A DNA stretch of 33,638 bases from Chiloscyllium plagiosum (Eukaryota), in assembly GCF_004010195.1 (NCBI RefSeq), contig NC_057719.1, positions 88,949,901 to 88,983,538 on the forward strand. Direction: 5' to 3'. Made by a program: the position numbers and the translations under genes. Below, piece by piece: positions 21,508 through 33,638 of this stretch (position 1 is the first letter of the stretch; the number at the start of each line of letters is the position of its first letter). The notes under the pieces were generated by a model. The model was not told the origin of the DNA. It worked only from the letters and a program-made list of their open reading frames with translations, and made no database searches.

Positions 21508-24500
21508 GCAATCGTTTTGAATATTGTAGAGAATGGCAGTCCTTGAGTATATTATAGAGATCAGCAGTCCCTCTCTCTGTTCTAGAGAATGGCAATGCCT
21601 GTGTATATACCAGAGAACAACAGTCCCTGTCTATACCATAGAGTCCAATACTCCCTGTCTATATTATAGAGAATAGCAGTGCCTGTGCATATTATAGGAG
21701 ACCATCACAACCTGTCTGTCTCATAGAGAACGACAGTGCCCGTGAAAATTACAAGAACAGCAGTGTCCATGTATGTTAGAGAAAACAAGAGTCCCTGTGT
21801 ATATTACAGAGAACAGCAGTGCCTGTGTATATTATAGAGAACAGCAGTCCTTGTCCATGTTATATTGAGCAGCACTGCTTGTGTAGAAGATAGTTTTGGC
21901 TATCTGTAGATTCTGTAGATTCCCTACAGTGTGGAAACGGTGTTGAGACAAGCAATCCCTGTGTATATTACAAAGGTCAGCAGTGCCTCTGTATATTATA
22001 CGGAATAGCAGTCCATGTCTGCATTATAGAGAACAGCAGTCCCTGTCAATATTATATTATAGAGAAGAGCAGTCCATATCACTATAATAGACAACGGCTG
22101 TCCCTGTGTATGTTACAGAGAACAGCAGTCACTGTCTATACTATAGAGAATAGCAATCCATGTCTATATTATGGAGAACAGCAATCCTTAAGTATATTAT
22201 ACAGAACAGTAGATCCTGTTTATATTATGTCTAAATTATGGACGACATCAGACCTTGTGTATAGGATAGAGAACGGTAGTCCCTCTTTATGTTATCGAGA
22301 ACAGCTGCCCTTGTCTAGATTATAAAGAGAATCAGTGCCTTCATACATTAGAGAGAACAGCATTCACTGTGTATAGTATAGAGAGAAGCAATCCTTTCGC
22401 ATATTACAGAAAATAGCAGTCCCTGTGTATATTATCGAGAACAGCAGTTCCTGTGCACATTATAAAGTACAGCAATGCCTGTGTATAATATGGAGGACAG
22501 CAGTCTCTGTGTATGTTATGGAGAACAGCAGTGCCTGTATAGTTTATACAAAACAGCAGTCCCTGTCTATATTATAGAGAACAGCTGTCCCTCTCTACAT
22601 TACAGATATCAGTTGCTGTTCTCTGTAATATACACAGGGACTCTTGTTTTCTCTAACATACATGGACACTGCTGTTCTTGTAATTTTCACGGGCACTGCC
22701 GTTCTCTATGAGACAGACAGGTTGTGATGGTCTCCTATAATATGCACAGGCACTGCTATTCTCTATAATATAGACAGGGAGTATTTCTACATTGGAGAGA
22801 ACACAAGCCCCTGTGCCTATTATAGCGGACAGCAGTCCCTGTGAATATTGTACAGAACAGCAGTCGCTGAGTATATTTTAGAGAACTACAGTGCCTGTTT
22901 GTATTACAGCAGTCCCTGTGCATAACATAGAGAACAGTAGACCCTGTGTATATTACAGAAAACATCAATTCCTGTGTATATTATAGAGAACAGCAGTTCC
23001 TGTATGTACTAAAGATAACAGCAGTGCCTCTGTTGATTACAGAGAAGAGCCAGTCCCTGTGTTTATTATAGAGAACAGCAGTGCCTGAATACATTGCAGA
23101 GAACAGTAGTCCTTGTGCATAATATAAACAACAGCAGTCCCTGTGTATATTATAGAGAACAGCATTCCCTGTCTATATTCTGAAGAACAACCTTCCCTGC
23201 ATACATTTTAGAGAACAGCCGTGCCTGTGCATATTATAGAGAACAGGAGTTCCTGCGTACAATATAGAGAACAGCAGCCATGTGTGTATTATAGAGAACA
23301 GCCATCCCTGAGTATATTAGATAGAACAACAGTCCCTGTCTATATTATACAGAACAGCAGTGCCTGGGTATTTTAGAGAGAACAGCTGACCGTGTGTGTA
23401 TTATAGAAAACAGCATTCCCTGTGTATAATATGGAGAGCAGCAGTTCCTAGATATATTTTAGTGAGGGCAGTCCCCGTGTGTATTATAGAGAGCAGCAGT
23501 CCCCGTGTGTATTATAGAGAACAGCTATCCCTGTGTATTTTATAGAAAGGAGCACTGCCTGTCTATATTATAGAGAACAGAAGTGCCTGTGTATGTTGTA
23601 GAGATCAGCAGTCTCTGTTGAAATAATAGAGAACAGCAGCCGTTGTGTATATTAGAGAGAACAGCAGTCCATGTTGATACGATAGAGAACAGCAGTCCCT
23701 GTGTATAATATATAGAACGGCAGTCTTTTTATATAATATAGAGATCAGCAGAGCCTGTGTATATTACAGAGAGTTTATCAGTTCCTTTGCCGGCGGCAGT
23801 TGGAGTGGAAGAAGCGACAGCGAGGACAGAAGGCCGACAGGAAGGTAAATTTTAAAAGATAGAAATGCTTACTTCAGGAGTTCAGAGTTCAGTGCATATT
23901 ATAGAGAAACAGCAGTCACTGTCTGTATTATAGAATAGAGCAGTCCCTGTCTATAATACGGATAACATCAGTCTGCGTATATTGTAAAAAACGGCAGTCG
24001 TTGTGTACATTATAGGGTACAGCACTCCCTGGGTATATTACAGAGAACAGCAGTGCCTGTTACTAGTACAGAAAACAGTAGTCCCTATGTAGATTATAGA
24101 CACCAGTAGTGCCTCTATATATTTTACAGAAGTGCAGTACCTGCGTATGATATAGCGAACAACAGTCCCTGGGAACAATATAGAGAACAGCAGGTCATGT
24201 GTATATTGTAGAGAACAAAACTCGCTCTGTATATTATTAGAAATCAGCATTCCCTGATATATTACAGCGAACAGCAGTCCCTTTGTGTACTTTAGAGAAC
24301 AGCATTCCGCCTATATTACAAAAAACAGCATTCCCTGTGTACATTATAGAGAGCAGCAGTCCCTGTGTATAATAGAAAAATCAGCAGCCTCTATATATAT
24401 TATAGCGATGAGCAGTCCCCATGTTTATTATAGAAAACAATGGATATTGTAGTGAACAGCCGTCCCTGTGTATAATATAGAGAGGAACAGTCCTTGTCTA

Positions 24501-27500
24501 TATTATATAGAACAGCAGTGCCTGTGTATTTTACAGAGATCAGCAGTTCCTGTCTTCATATAGAGAGCAACAGTCCTGGTATATATCAGAGAGAGAAGAG
24601 AATTCCCTGTGTTTTTTTTACAGAGAACAGCAGTCGTTGTGTACACTATAGAGATCACCAGTGCCTGTGTATATTACAGAGTTCTTCATTTCTTTTTTCA
24701 ACTGCAGTTTGAGTGGGAGGAGTGACAGCGAGGACAGCGGGCCAAAGGGAATGTAAATTTTAAAAGATATAAAAGCATACTTCAGGAGTTCAGTGTTCTG
24801 AGTATATTACCGAGAACAGCAGTCGTTGTGAATATTACAGAGAACAACAGTTCCTGTCCATACAATTGAGAACACCAATCCTGTGTATATTATGGAGAAC
24901 AGCAATCCCTGTGTAAATGATAGAGAAGAGCAATCCCTGTTGATATTATAGAAAACAGCAGTGCCTGTATTGTGTATAGAGAACAGCAGTTCCTCTCTGT
25001 ATTATATACAAAAGCAATCCCTTTCTATATTATAGAGAATAGTAGTCCTTGTGTATGATATGGAGAACTGCAGACGCTGTGTATTTTATATAGAACAGCC
25101 ACCTCTGAGTATATTATGCAAAACAACAGTCCCTGTCCATATGACAGAGAACAGCATTCCATCTATTTTACAGAAAACAGCATTCCCTGTGTACATTATA
25201 GAGAGCAGCAGTCCTTGTGTATAATAGAAAAATCAGTGGTCTTTATGTATATTTATCGAGTTCTTCATTTCTTTTTACAGCTGCAGTTTGTGTTGGAGGA
25301 GTGACAGCGAGGACAGAAGGGTAAATTTTAAACGATATAAAAGCATACTTCAGGAGTTCAGCATTCTGTGTATATTATCAAGAACAGCAGTCACTGTGTA
25401 TGTTACAGAGAACAACAGTCCCTGTCTATACGATTGAGAACACCAATCCTGTGTATATTATGGAGAACAGCAGACCCTGTATATAATGTAGAAAACAGCT
25501 GTCCCTTTGTATGATACAAAGAACAGCAGACCCTGTGTATATGATAGAGAACAGCAGTCCCTGTGTTAATGATAGAGAAGAGCAATCCCTGTCTATATTA
25601 TAGAAAACAGCAGTGCCTGTATTGTATATAGAGAACAGCAGTCTCTGTCAATATTATAGAGAACAGCAGTCCTCTCTGTATTATAGACAAAAGCAGTCCC
25701 TTTCTATATTATAGAGAACAGTAGTCCCTGTGTATAATATAGAGAACAGCAGACGCTGTGTGTATTCTACAGAAAAGCAGTGCCTGTTTATATTACAGAG
25801 ACCAGCATTCCCTGTGTATATTATAGACGCCACCAGTGCCTATGTATATTATAGAGAACTGCAGTCTCTGCGTATAATATCGAGAACAGCTGTCCCTGTG
25901 TATAATTTAGAGAACAGCAGTACCTGTGTTTATTATAGCGAAGAGCAGTCCATGTCCACATTATAGAGAACAGCCATCCCTGAATATATTTGATTGAACA
26001 GAAGTCCCTATCTATGTTATAGAGAACAGCAGTGCCTGTTTATGTTATAGTGATCAGCAGATCATGTCTCCATAATAGAAAACAGCAGTTACTGAGTACA
26101 TTTTAGAGATCAGCAGTGCCTGTCTATATTACAGAGTGTTCATCACTTTTTATTTCGGCAACAGTTGGAGTGGAAGGAGTGACAGTGAGGATCAGAGGGC
26201 CAACAGGAACTTAAATTTTCAAAGTTGTAAAAGCTTACTTCAGGAGTTCAGTATTCTGCATATATTATAGAGAACAGCAGTTGCTGTCTATGTTGTAGAG
26301 AGCAGCAGTCCCTGTTTATCATATAGATAACAGCAGTCCCTGTGTATATTATGGAGAACTGCAGTGCCTGTGTGTAATATGGAGAACATCAGTCTCTGTG
26401 TATATTATAGAGAACGGCAGTCACAGTGTATAGTATAGAGAACAGCAGTCCCTGTCTATGTGAAAGAGAATGGCAGTCCCTGTGTATGTTACAGAGAACA
26501 GCAGCCCCTGTCTACATTATAGAGAATAGTAATCATTGTGTTTATTGCACAGAATGGCAGTCCTTGTGTATATTAAAAATATCAGCAATCCCTGTCTCTG
26601 CTGTAGGGAATGACAGTGCTGGTGCATTGTTGAGAGAACAGTAGTTCCTGACTTCATAATATAGAGAACAGCAGTACATGTGTACTTTGTGAAGACCAGG
26701 AGTCCCTGCCGATATTATAGAGCTCAGCAGTCCCTATGTCTGTTATAGAGAACAGCAGTCGCTGTGTGCAGAGAACAGCAGTGCCTGTGTATATCATACA
26801 GTACAGCCGACCCTCTCTATTTTATAGAGAACTGTGGTGTAGAGAACAGCTGTACCTATCTATTTTGCAGTGAACAGCAGTCCCTGCATATATTATAGAG
26901 AACAACAGTCTCAGTTTATCTTATTGAGAACATATAAAGAGATATATATTATACATATAAAGAGTTGTATATGAAAGAGAACAGCAGTGTCTTTTCATAT
27001 TATAGAGAATAGCAATCCCTGTCTATATTAAGCAATTAGTAGTGCCTGTGCATCTTATTGGAGATCATCACACCCTCTCTGTGTAATAGGGAAAAACAGT
27101 GCCTGTGAAAATTATACAGAACTGCAGTGCCCATGTATATTAGAGAGAACAGCAGTCCCTGTGTATATTACAGAGAATAGCAGTCCCTGTGCATGTTATA
27201 TTGAGCAGCACAGCCTGTGTAGGAGAGAGAGAATATCAGCCCATGTCTATATTATCGAGGCCAGCAGTTCCCATATGGATTAAAGAGAACAGCAGTGCCT
27301 GTGCTTATTATAAGTAACAGCAGCCCATGTCTATATTTTAGAGAACAATAGTCCCTGTCGATATTATAGAGAAGAGGTGTCATTGCCTATTTATAGACAA
27401 CAGCAGTCCCTGTCAAAAAAGTAAGAGAAGAGCAGTCCTTATGTGTATTAAAGAGAACAACAGGCCCTTTCTATATTATAGATAATAGCAGTCACTGTGC

Positions 27501-28095
27501 TTCTTATACAGGAGGGCAGTGCCTGCGTATATTATAGAGAACAACAGTCCATGTCTATATAATAGACACCAGCAGTCCCTGTGTATATCTTCCAGAACAT
27601 CAGTCCCTGTCTATATTATGGAGAACAGCAGTCCTTGTGTATACGATAGAGAACTGCAGTCCTCTTTATATTATAAAGAACGGCTCTCCCTGTTGAGATT
27701 ACAGAGAATCAGTGTCTTTGTATATTAGAGAGAATAGCATTCCCTGTGAAAAGTATAGAGAGAAGCAGTCCATATATGTATGTGTATATTACAGAGAACA
27801 GTAGTCCTGGTATATGTTATAGAAAGCAGCACTGCCTGTGTAGAGCAGTCTGTGTCTATTTTATTGAGACCAGCAATCCCTCTATATATTACAGAGAACA
27901 GCAGTGCCTGTGTATATGATATGGAACAGCAGTTCCTGTCCATATTAGGGAGAACAGCAGTCCCTGTCTATATAATAGAGAAGAGCAGTCCCAGTGCATA
28001 TTACAGAGGACAGCAGTCCCTATGAATGTTACAGAGAGGAGCAGTCCCTATGTATATCATATAGAACAGCAGTGCCCCTGTGCATTACAGAGAAC

Positions 28096-29030
28096 CACCA
28101 GTAATGCAAAGATTAGAACGAACAGTCTTACTGCAAATTCAGATATGTAGATGATTCCTTTGTAATCATTAAAAACACCGAAATAGAGAACACACACCGG
28201 ATCATCAACACCACACTCACAGGAATCCGATTCACTAGAGAGGAAGAAAAGGACAACCAACTCCCATTCCTAGACGTGATGGTACAGAGAACACCTAAAG
28301 GAGAATTCACCACAAAGGTACACAGACCAAGTCCTGAACTACGAAAGCAACCACCCCAACACACACAAAAGAAGTTGCATCAAGACACTATTCAAAAGAG
28401 CCACAACACACTGCAATACACCAGAACTGCAAAAAGAGGAAGAAGAACACCTATACAATGTATTCGCCAAAAACGGATACCCGGGCAATTTCATCAACAG
28501 ATGCCTAAGGGAAAGACATTCGAACGAGGACATGCCACAACCCAAAGGACTAGCCACACTACCATACATCAAGAGCATTTCCGAACTGACAGCCAATAGG
28601 ATTCATAACAGCACACAAACCAACAGCCACTCTCAGACAACAACTCACCAGAACGAAGGACCCGATACCCAGCATGAGCAAAACCAATGTAGTGTACAAA
28701 ATCCCATGCAAGGACTGCACAAAACACTACATAGGACAAACAGGAAGACAGCTAACGATCCGCATCCATGAACACCAACTAGCCACGAAACGACACAAGG
28801 ACCCAATATACCAGCCACTGCAACGGACAGCTGGAACTGACAACCGGAAGCGGCAGATTCAAACCACTACAAATGCTGGAGGAAAGATCACAGAAGCGCT
28901 TCACAGGAGGCTCCCAAGCACTGAGGATGCCACCTAGACAGGGGACGAAACGTCTGCAACACAAATTCCCAGCTCGGCGAACAGAACCAAAACAACAAGC
29001 ATCCGAGCTACAAATCTTCTCACAAACATT
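28096..29030 (+). mobile_element. Penelope-like retroelement, 5'-truncated (RT C-terminus, GIY-YIG endonuclease, terminal repeat)
   Basis: RYVDD at 28141-28155, LPFLDV, NGYP, and NVVYKIPCKDCTKHYIGQTGRQLTIRIHEH; frameshifted by deletions. Confidence 0.93.
28918..28957 (+). ncRNA. Minimal type I hammerhead ribozyme motif in the Penelope terminal repeat
   Basis: GCA-CUGAGGA-U-GCCACCU-AGAC-AGGGGAC-GAAAC-GUC-UGC: stem I GCA/UGC, intact core, imperfect stem II, GUC cleavage triplet. Confidence 0.7.
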
Positions 29031-31217
29031 GTAGGGAACAGCAGTCCCTGTATGTATTATACAGTACAGCAGTCCTTGTTTATTTTACAGAGAATAGCAG
29101 AGTCTATGTATCCTGGAGTTCCTGTCGAGATTATAGAGAACAGCAGTGCCTGTGTGTATTGTAAAGAACAGCGACCTCGCGTATATGTTATAGACAGCAG
29201 CACTGCCTGTGTATCATGCAGAGAAGAGCAGTTTGTGTCTATATTATTTAGAGAACAACAGTCCCTGTTGATATTATGGAGAACAAGTGTCATTGCCTAT
29301 ATTATAGGCAATAGTTCCTGCCTATATTACAGAAACCAATAGTGCCTGTCTATATGGTGGAGAACAGTTATCCCTCTCTATATTATAGAGATCAACAGTC
29401 CCTGTGTATATTATAGAGAACAACTATCCTGTTGATATTATAGTGAACAGCAGTCCCTGTCGATATTATAGAAAACAGATGTCATTGCCGACAGTATAGA
29501 CAACAGCAGCCCCTGTCTGTAGAGAACAGCAGTCCCTATGTATATTAGAGAGAATAGCAGTCCCTGAGTATATCACATAGAACAGCAGCACCTGTCACTT
29601 TATAGAGATCAGCATTCCCTGAGTGTATTATAGAGAACAGTGGTGCGTGTGTATACTATAAAGAACAGCAGTGCCTGGGCATATTATAAAGAACAGCAGT
29701 CCCTGTCTATATTATAGAGAATGGCAGTTCCTCTGTACATTATGGATAACAGCAGTCCCTGGGTATATTACAGAGAAGGGTATATTCTTGAGAACAGGGG
29801 CCACTGTCTATATTATATAGAACAGGTGTTCCTGTGTATATTATAGACAACAGCAGTCTCTGACTATGTTATAGAGAACAGCAGTGTCAAAGTATATTCT
29901 GGAGACACACAGTCACTGTGTATATTATTGAGAACAGCGGTCCCTGCATATATTAGAGAGAACAGCAGTTCCTGTGTCTATTACAGTAATCAGCAGTCCC
30001 TGTCCACATAAAAGAGATCAGCAGTCCCTCTGTATGTTATAGCAACCAGCAGTCCCTGTGTATATTACAGAGAACAGCAGTGCCTGTGTATATTTCAGAC
30101 AACAGCAGTGCCTGAATATGATATAGAGAATAGCAGTCCCTGTCTGTATAATAGAGAACAGTCTCTGTGTGTATTATAGAGAACAGCCGTGCCTGTGTAT
30201 ATTAAAGAGAACGGCAGTCCCTGTCTATATTTTCGAGAAGAGCTGTCCCTGTGTATATTAAAGTGAACAGCAGTCCTTGTCCTTTTTATACAGCGCAGCA
30301 ATCCCTGTGTATATTAGAGAGAACAGCATTCACTGTGTATATGAGAGAGAACAGCAGTCCCTGTGTATATTACAGAGAACAGCAGTGTCTGTGTATGTAA
30401 TAGACAATTGCAGTTCCTGTGTATATTATTGAGAACAGCAGTCCCTGTGTATTTGTCAGAAAACTGCAGTTCCTGTTTATAATCTAGAGAAAAGCAGTCC
30501 ACATGTATCTTATAGAGAACTGATCTTATAGAGAACAACAGTCCCTGTGTATATTATAGAGAACGGCAGTCCCTGTATGTGATATAAATAACAGCAATCC
30601 TGTGTATATTACAGAGAAAAGCATTCTCTGTGCATATTGACCCTACAGCAGTGCCTGCATAATTCAGAGATAACAGCAATCCCAGTCTATATTATAGAGA
30701 ACAGCTGTCCCTGTCTTTATTAGAGAAAACAACAGTCCCTGTCTGTTTTACAGAAAACAGCAATCCCTGTATAGTTATAGAGAACAACAGTTCCTGTTGA
30801 TATTATAGAGAACAGGTGTATGGAAAAAGATCTGCCACTCTGCCGACCCACAGCATGACCGCACAGAACACAGAAAATCAAGCCTGTCCAAACCATGCAA
30901 GGAACACCCAGCATGCCTCAGTATTGACCAAACAGGCTGACAAGGGACACCAGACATGACCACAGTCACTCGAAGACTTCCCAAGACAACCTGACAATAA
31001 GCTTCCTGGACTCAATATACACAGCTGTCCCGAAGTCCTAAGGAGGGTCTTGTACCCTAGTGATACCAAAGCCACACAAAGCTCAGGTCAGATGAAGAGG
31101 CACCAGATTATCTCGCTCACAGGACAGCAACAATGGAAACACCTTATTGCCAAGAAAAAAACATCCTCACCCACCCTCGAAGAGAGCTGGAATCTCCCAT
31201 TATGAACTGATTGATGC

Positions 31218-31560
31218 TGTCAGGATGTTTCATTGTATCTACGTTCAGGACATTCTGCTGATAACTGCTTTGCGATTATCGCCGCTGTAACTTGATTACT
31301 TGATTATCAAGACCATTGTACTTTCACTATTTTTAATTAGCATCATTGTACAGTATTCCAATAAAAGCTGGCTTGATTCTCAGCTCAGAGAAGAGAATCT
31401 TTGATCGACCTGTACGGACTGTCAGTTCTCTGTCAGCTTCATCAATTTCCCTTTCAACGCTATCGCTTGTAATAAACAGCTTGTCAATTTCACCCGATCT
31501 GGCTTGTGTGGTCTGTGTTTTATTGGGCTCCATTCTCCAATAGTTTGGCATAGCTAGCAG
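31218..31560 (+). mobile_element. Candidate second LTR with degenerate tRNA-Ser primer-binding site
   Basis: TGT start at 31218, ATAAAAGC (TATA-like) at 31361, AATAAA at 31471-31476, then TGGCATAGCTAGCAG at 31546-31560; the LTR would end in TA rather than CA. Confidence 0.4.
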
Positions 31561-31702
31561 CCCCTTTTCTCTCAACAGTGTAAGCGAATGTGACATTTTA
31601 AATTGTGCCCAAACCAGACCTGGTAGCTAGTCTTGCCTTAGTGGGTCCGACCTAGAGCAAAGGCTGGATGACTGAGGAGGGCAGTCCACAATTCTAATCC
31701 AA

Positions 31703-33283
31703 CAAAAGGGTAACTAGGGAAAGAATACGGCCCCTCAAAGATCAGCAAGGTGGCTTTTGTGTGGAGCCGCAGAAAATGGGGGAGATAATAAATTAATATT
31801 TTTTAGATTAGATTACTTACAGTGTGGAAACAGGCCCTTTGGCCTAACAAGTCCACACCGACCCTCATATTCTAGCAGTCTCGCCTCTTGGTCGTTTGTT
31901 CTGTGTCAGACTACTCTCCTACAAACCTGAATTTTTTTAAAACACCCACTCAGACCCATTCCCCTACATTTACCACTTCACCTAACACTACGGGCAATTT
32001 AGCATGGCCAATTCACCTAACCTGCTCATTTTTGGGAAGAAACCGGAGCACCCGGAGGAAACCCACGCAGACACGGGGAGAATGTGCAAACTCCACAGAT
32101 AGTTGCCTGAGGTGGGAATTGAAGCCAGGTCTCTGGCGCGGTGAGACAGCAGTGCTAACCACTGCATCAGTATTTACTGTGGAAAAGGATATGGAAGATA
32201 TAGCCAATAGGGAAATAGATGGTGTCATCTTGCAAAATGTCCATATTACAGAGGAGGAAGTGATGGATGTCTTAAAACAGGTAAAAGTGGTTAAATCCCC
32301 AGGACCTGATCAGGTGTACCCTGGGAAGCTAGAGAAATGATTGCTGGGATTCTTGCTGAGATATTTGTATTATCAATAGTCACAGGTGAGGTGCCGAAAG
32401 ACTGGAGGTTGGCTAACGCTGTGCTGCTGTTTAAGAAGGGTGGTAAGGACAATGCAGGGAATTATAGACGAGTGAGCCTGACGTCGGTGGTGGGCAAGCT
32501 GTTGGAGAGAAACCTGAGGGACAGGATGTACATGAATTTGGAAAGACAAGGACTGATTAGGGATAGTCAACATGGTTTTGTGCATGGGAAATTATGTCTC
32601 ACAAACTTGATTGAGTTTTTTGAAGAAGTAACAAAGAAGATTGATGAGGGCAGAGGTGTAGATGTGATCTATATGGACTTTAGTAAAGCGTTTGACAAGG
32701 TTCCCCCGGAGACTGATTAGCAAGGTTAGATCACACGGAATACAGAGTGAACTAGCCATTTGGATACAGAACTTGCTCAAAGGTAGAAGACAGAGGGTGG
32801 TGGTAGAGGGTTGTTTTTCAGATTGGAGGCCTGTGACCAGTGGAGTGCCTAAAGGATCGGTGCTGGGTCTTCTACTTTTTGTCATTTACATAAATATTTG
32901 GATGCGAGCATAAGAGTAAGTTAGTAAGTTTGCAGATGACACCAAAATTAGAGGTGTAGTGGACAGCAAAGAAGGTTACCTCAGATGACAACAGGATCTT
33001 GACCAGATGAGTCAATGGGCTGAGAAGTGGCAGATGGAGTTTAATTCAGATAAATGCGAGGTGGTGCATTTTGGGAAAGCAAATCTTAGCAGGACTTATA
33101 CACTAAATGGTAAGGTCCTCGGAGTGTTGCTGAACAAAGAGACCTTGAAGTGCAGGTTCATAGCTCCTTGAAAATGGAGTCTCAGGTAGATAGGATAGTG
33201 AAGAAAGCATTTGGTATGCTTTCCTTTACTAGTCAGAATATTAAGTACAAGAGTTGGGAGGTCATATTGTGCCTGTACAGGAC
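31703..33283 (+). mobile_element. CR1 LINE ORF2 (RT region), interrupted by a SINE
   Basis: [65 protein letters not shown]. Confidence 0.95.
31803..32164 (-). mobile_element. HE1-type SINE nested in CR1
   Basis: Homologous to 1768-2079; splits the CR1 'YF|ASVF' codons; lacks the first ~15 nt. Confidence 0.9.
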
Positions 33284-33638
33284 ATTTCCAGTGCGAGCAG
33301 CAGCGAAGGTAAGACCGTTTGGTTTTAAAAGTGCTTACCGGTAGCGGGCAGCGGTGTTTTTTTTTTCTCTTTCACTCTCTCTTCACAGAAAGAGCGAGAG
33401 CACCAGGGGGAAGTGACGACGACCAGAGGGGCAGCCGAGACACGGAAGCAGTTAGTGTAAGCTTACCTGGGTAGGTTTTTTCCCCCTTTAAAAGCGCGAA
33501 GGAGAGGAACCCGAGGCACTACACGGGTAGTGCCTCCCACCCGCCCTCCTCCTCTAACCTAATAATAACACCTGTTGTGGTAAGTAGGTAAGTGCTGAAT
33601 TTTGCTTGTTGTATCCTTTAGACCCAGTTTTTTTTAAA
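33284..33638 (+). mobile_element. Probable 5' UTR of a young CR1 element (CpG-rich, splice signals, hairpin)
   Basis: Abrupt switch to CpG-rich sequence; donor AAG|GTAAG at 33309, acceptor (Y)nCAG at 33388, perfect hairpin 33513-33536; family assignment is an inference because no ORF is in the window. Confidence 0.45.

Larger units (their letters stand above)
20407..30815. repeat. 28-bp satellite array (agagaacagcagtccctgtgtatattat)n, ~10 kb with nested insertions
   Basis: Unit visible throughout, e.g. 21808-21835; roughly 300 diverged copies by length. Confidence 0.97.

Noticed and set aside
20407..30815. 28-bp repeats as a CRISPR array, and the ORFs within them
   Set aside because: Head-to-tail units without unique spacers, in a vertebrate context; the ORFs are translations of the satellite.

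Overview
Repeat-dense, non-genic vertebrate DNA. HE1-type V-SINEs, a DeuSINE remnant and shark-style CR1/Penelope families point to an elasmobranch (shark) genome (inference). No intact host gene is recognisable. Contents: a decayed L1 5' end/ORF1, many CR1 and Rex1/Babar LINE fragments, Penelope-like fragments carrying hammerhead-ribozyme cores, 70-bp and 22-bp minisatellites, a ~10-kb 28-bp satellite with nested insertions, and an assembly gap. The highlight is the 3' end of an endogenous retrovirus on the minus strand (env pseudogene 18915-16852, polypurine tract, LTR 16802-16122). Its reconstructed TM subunit has a filovirus GP2/reptarenavirus-like design: a Cys-clamped internal fusion loop and 'LICEL..NETTTAL..ELRLF..NR..GGVC..NIT..W-rich'. 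The rest of the provirus is cut off by a CR1 insertion and a scaffold gap. Family and protein comparisons are from recalled consensus sequences, not database searches.
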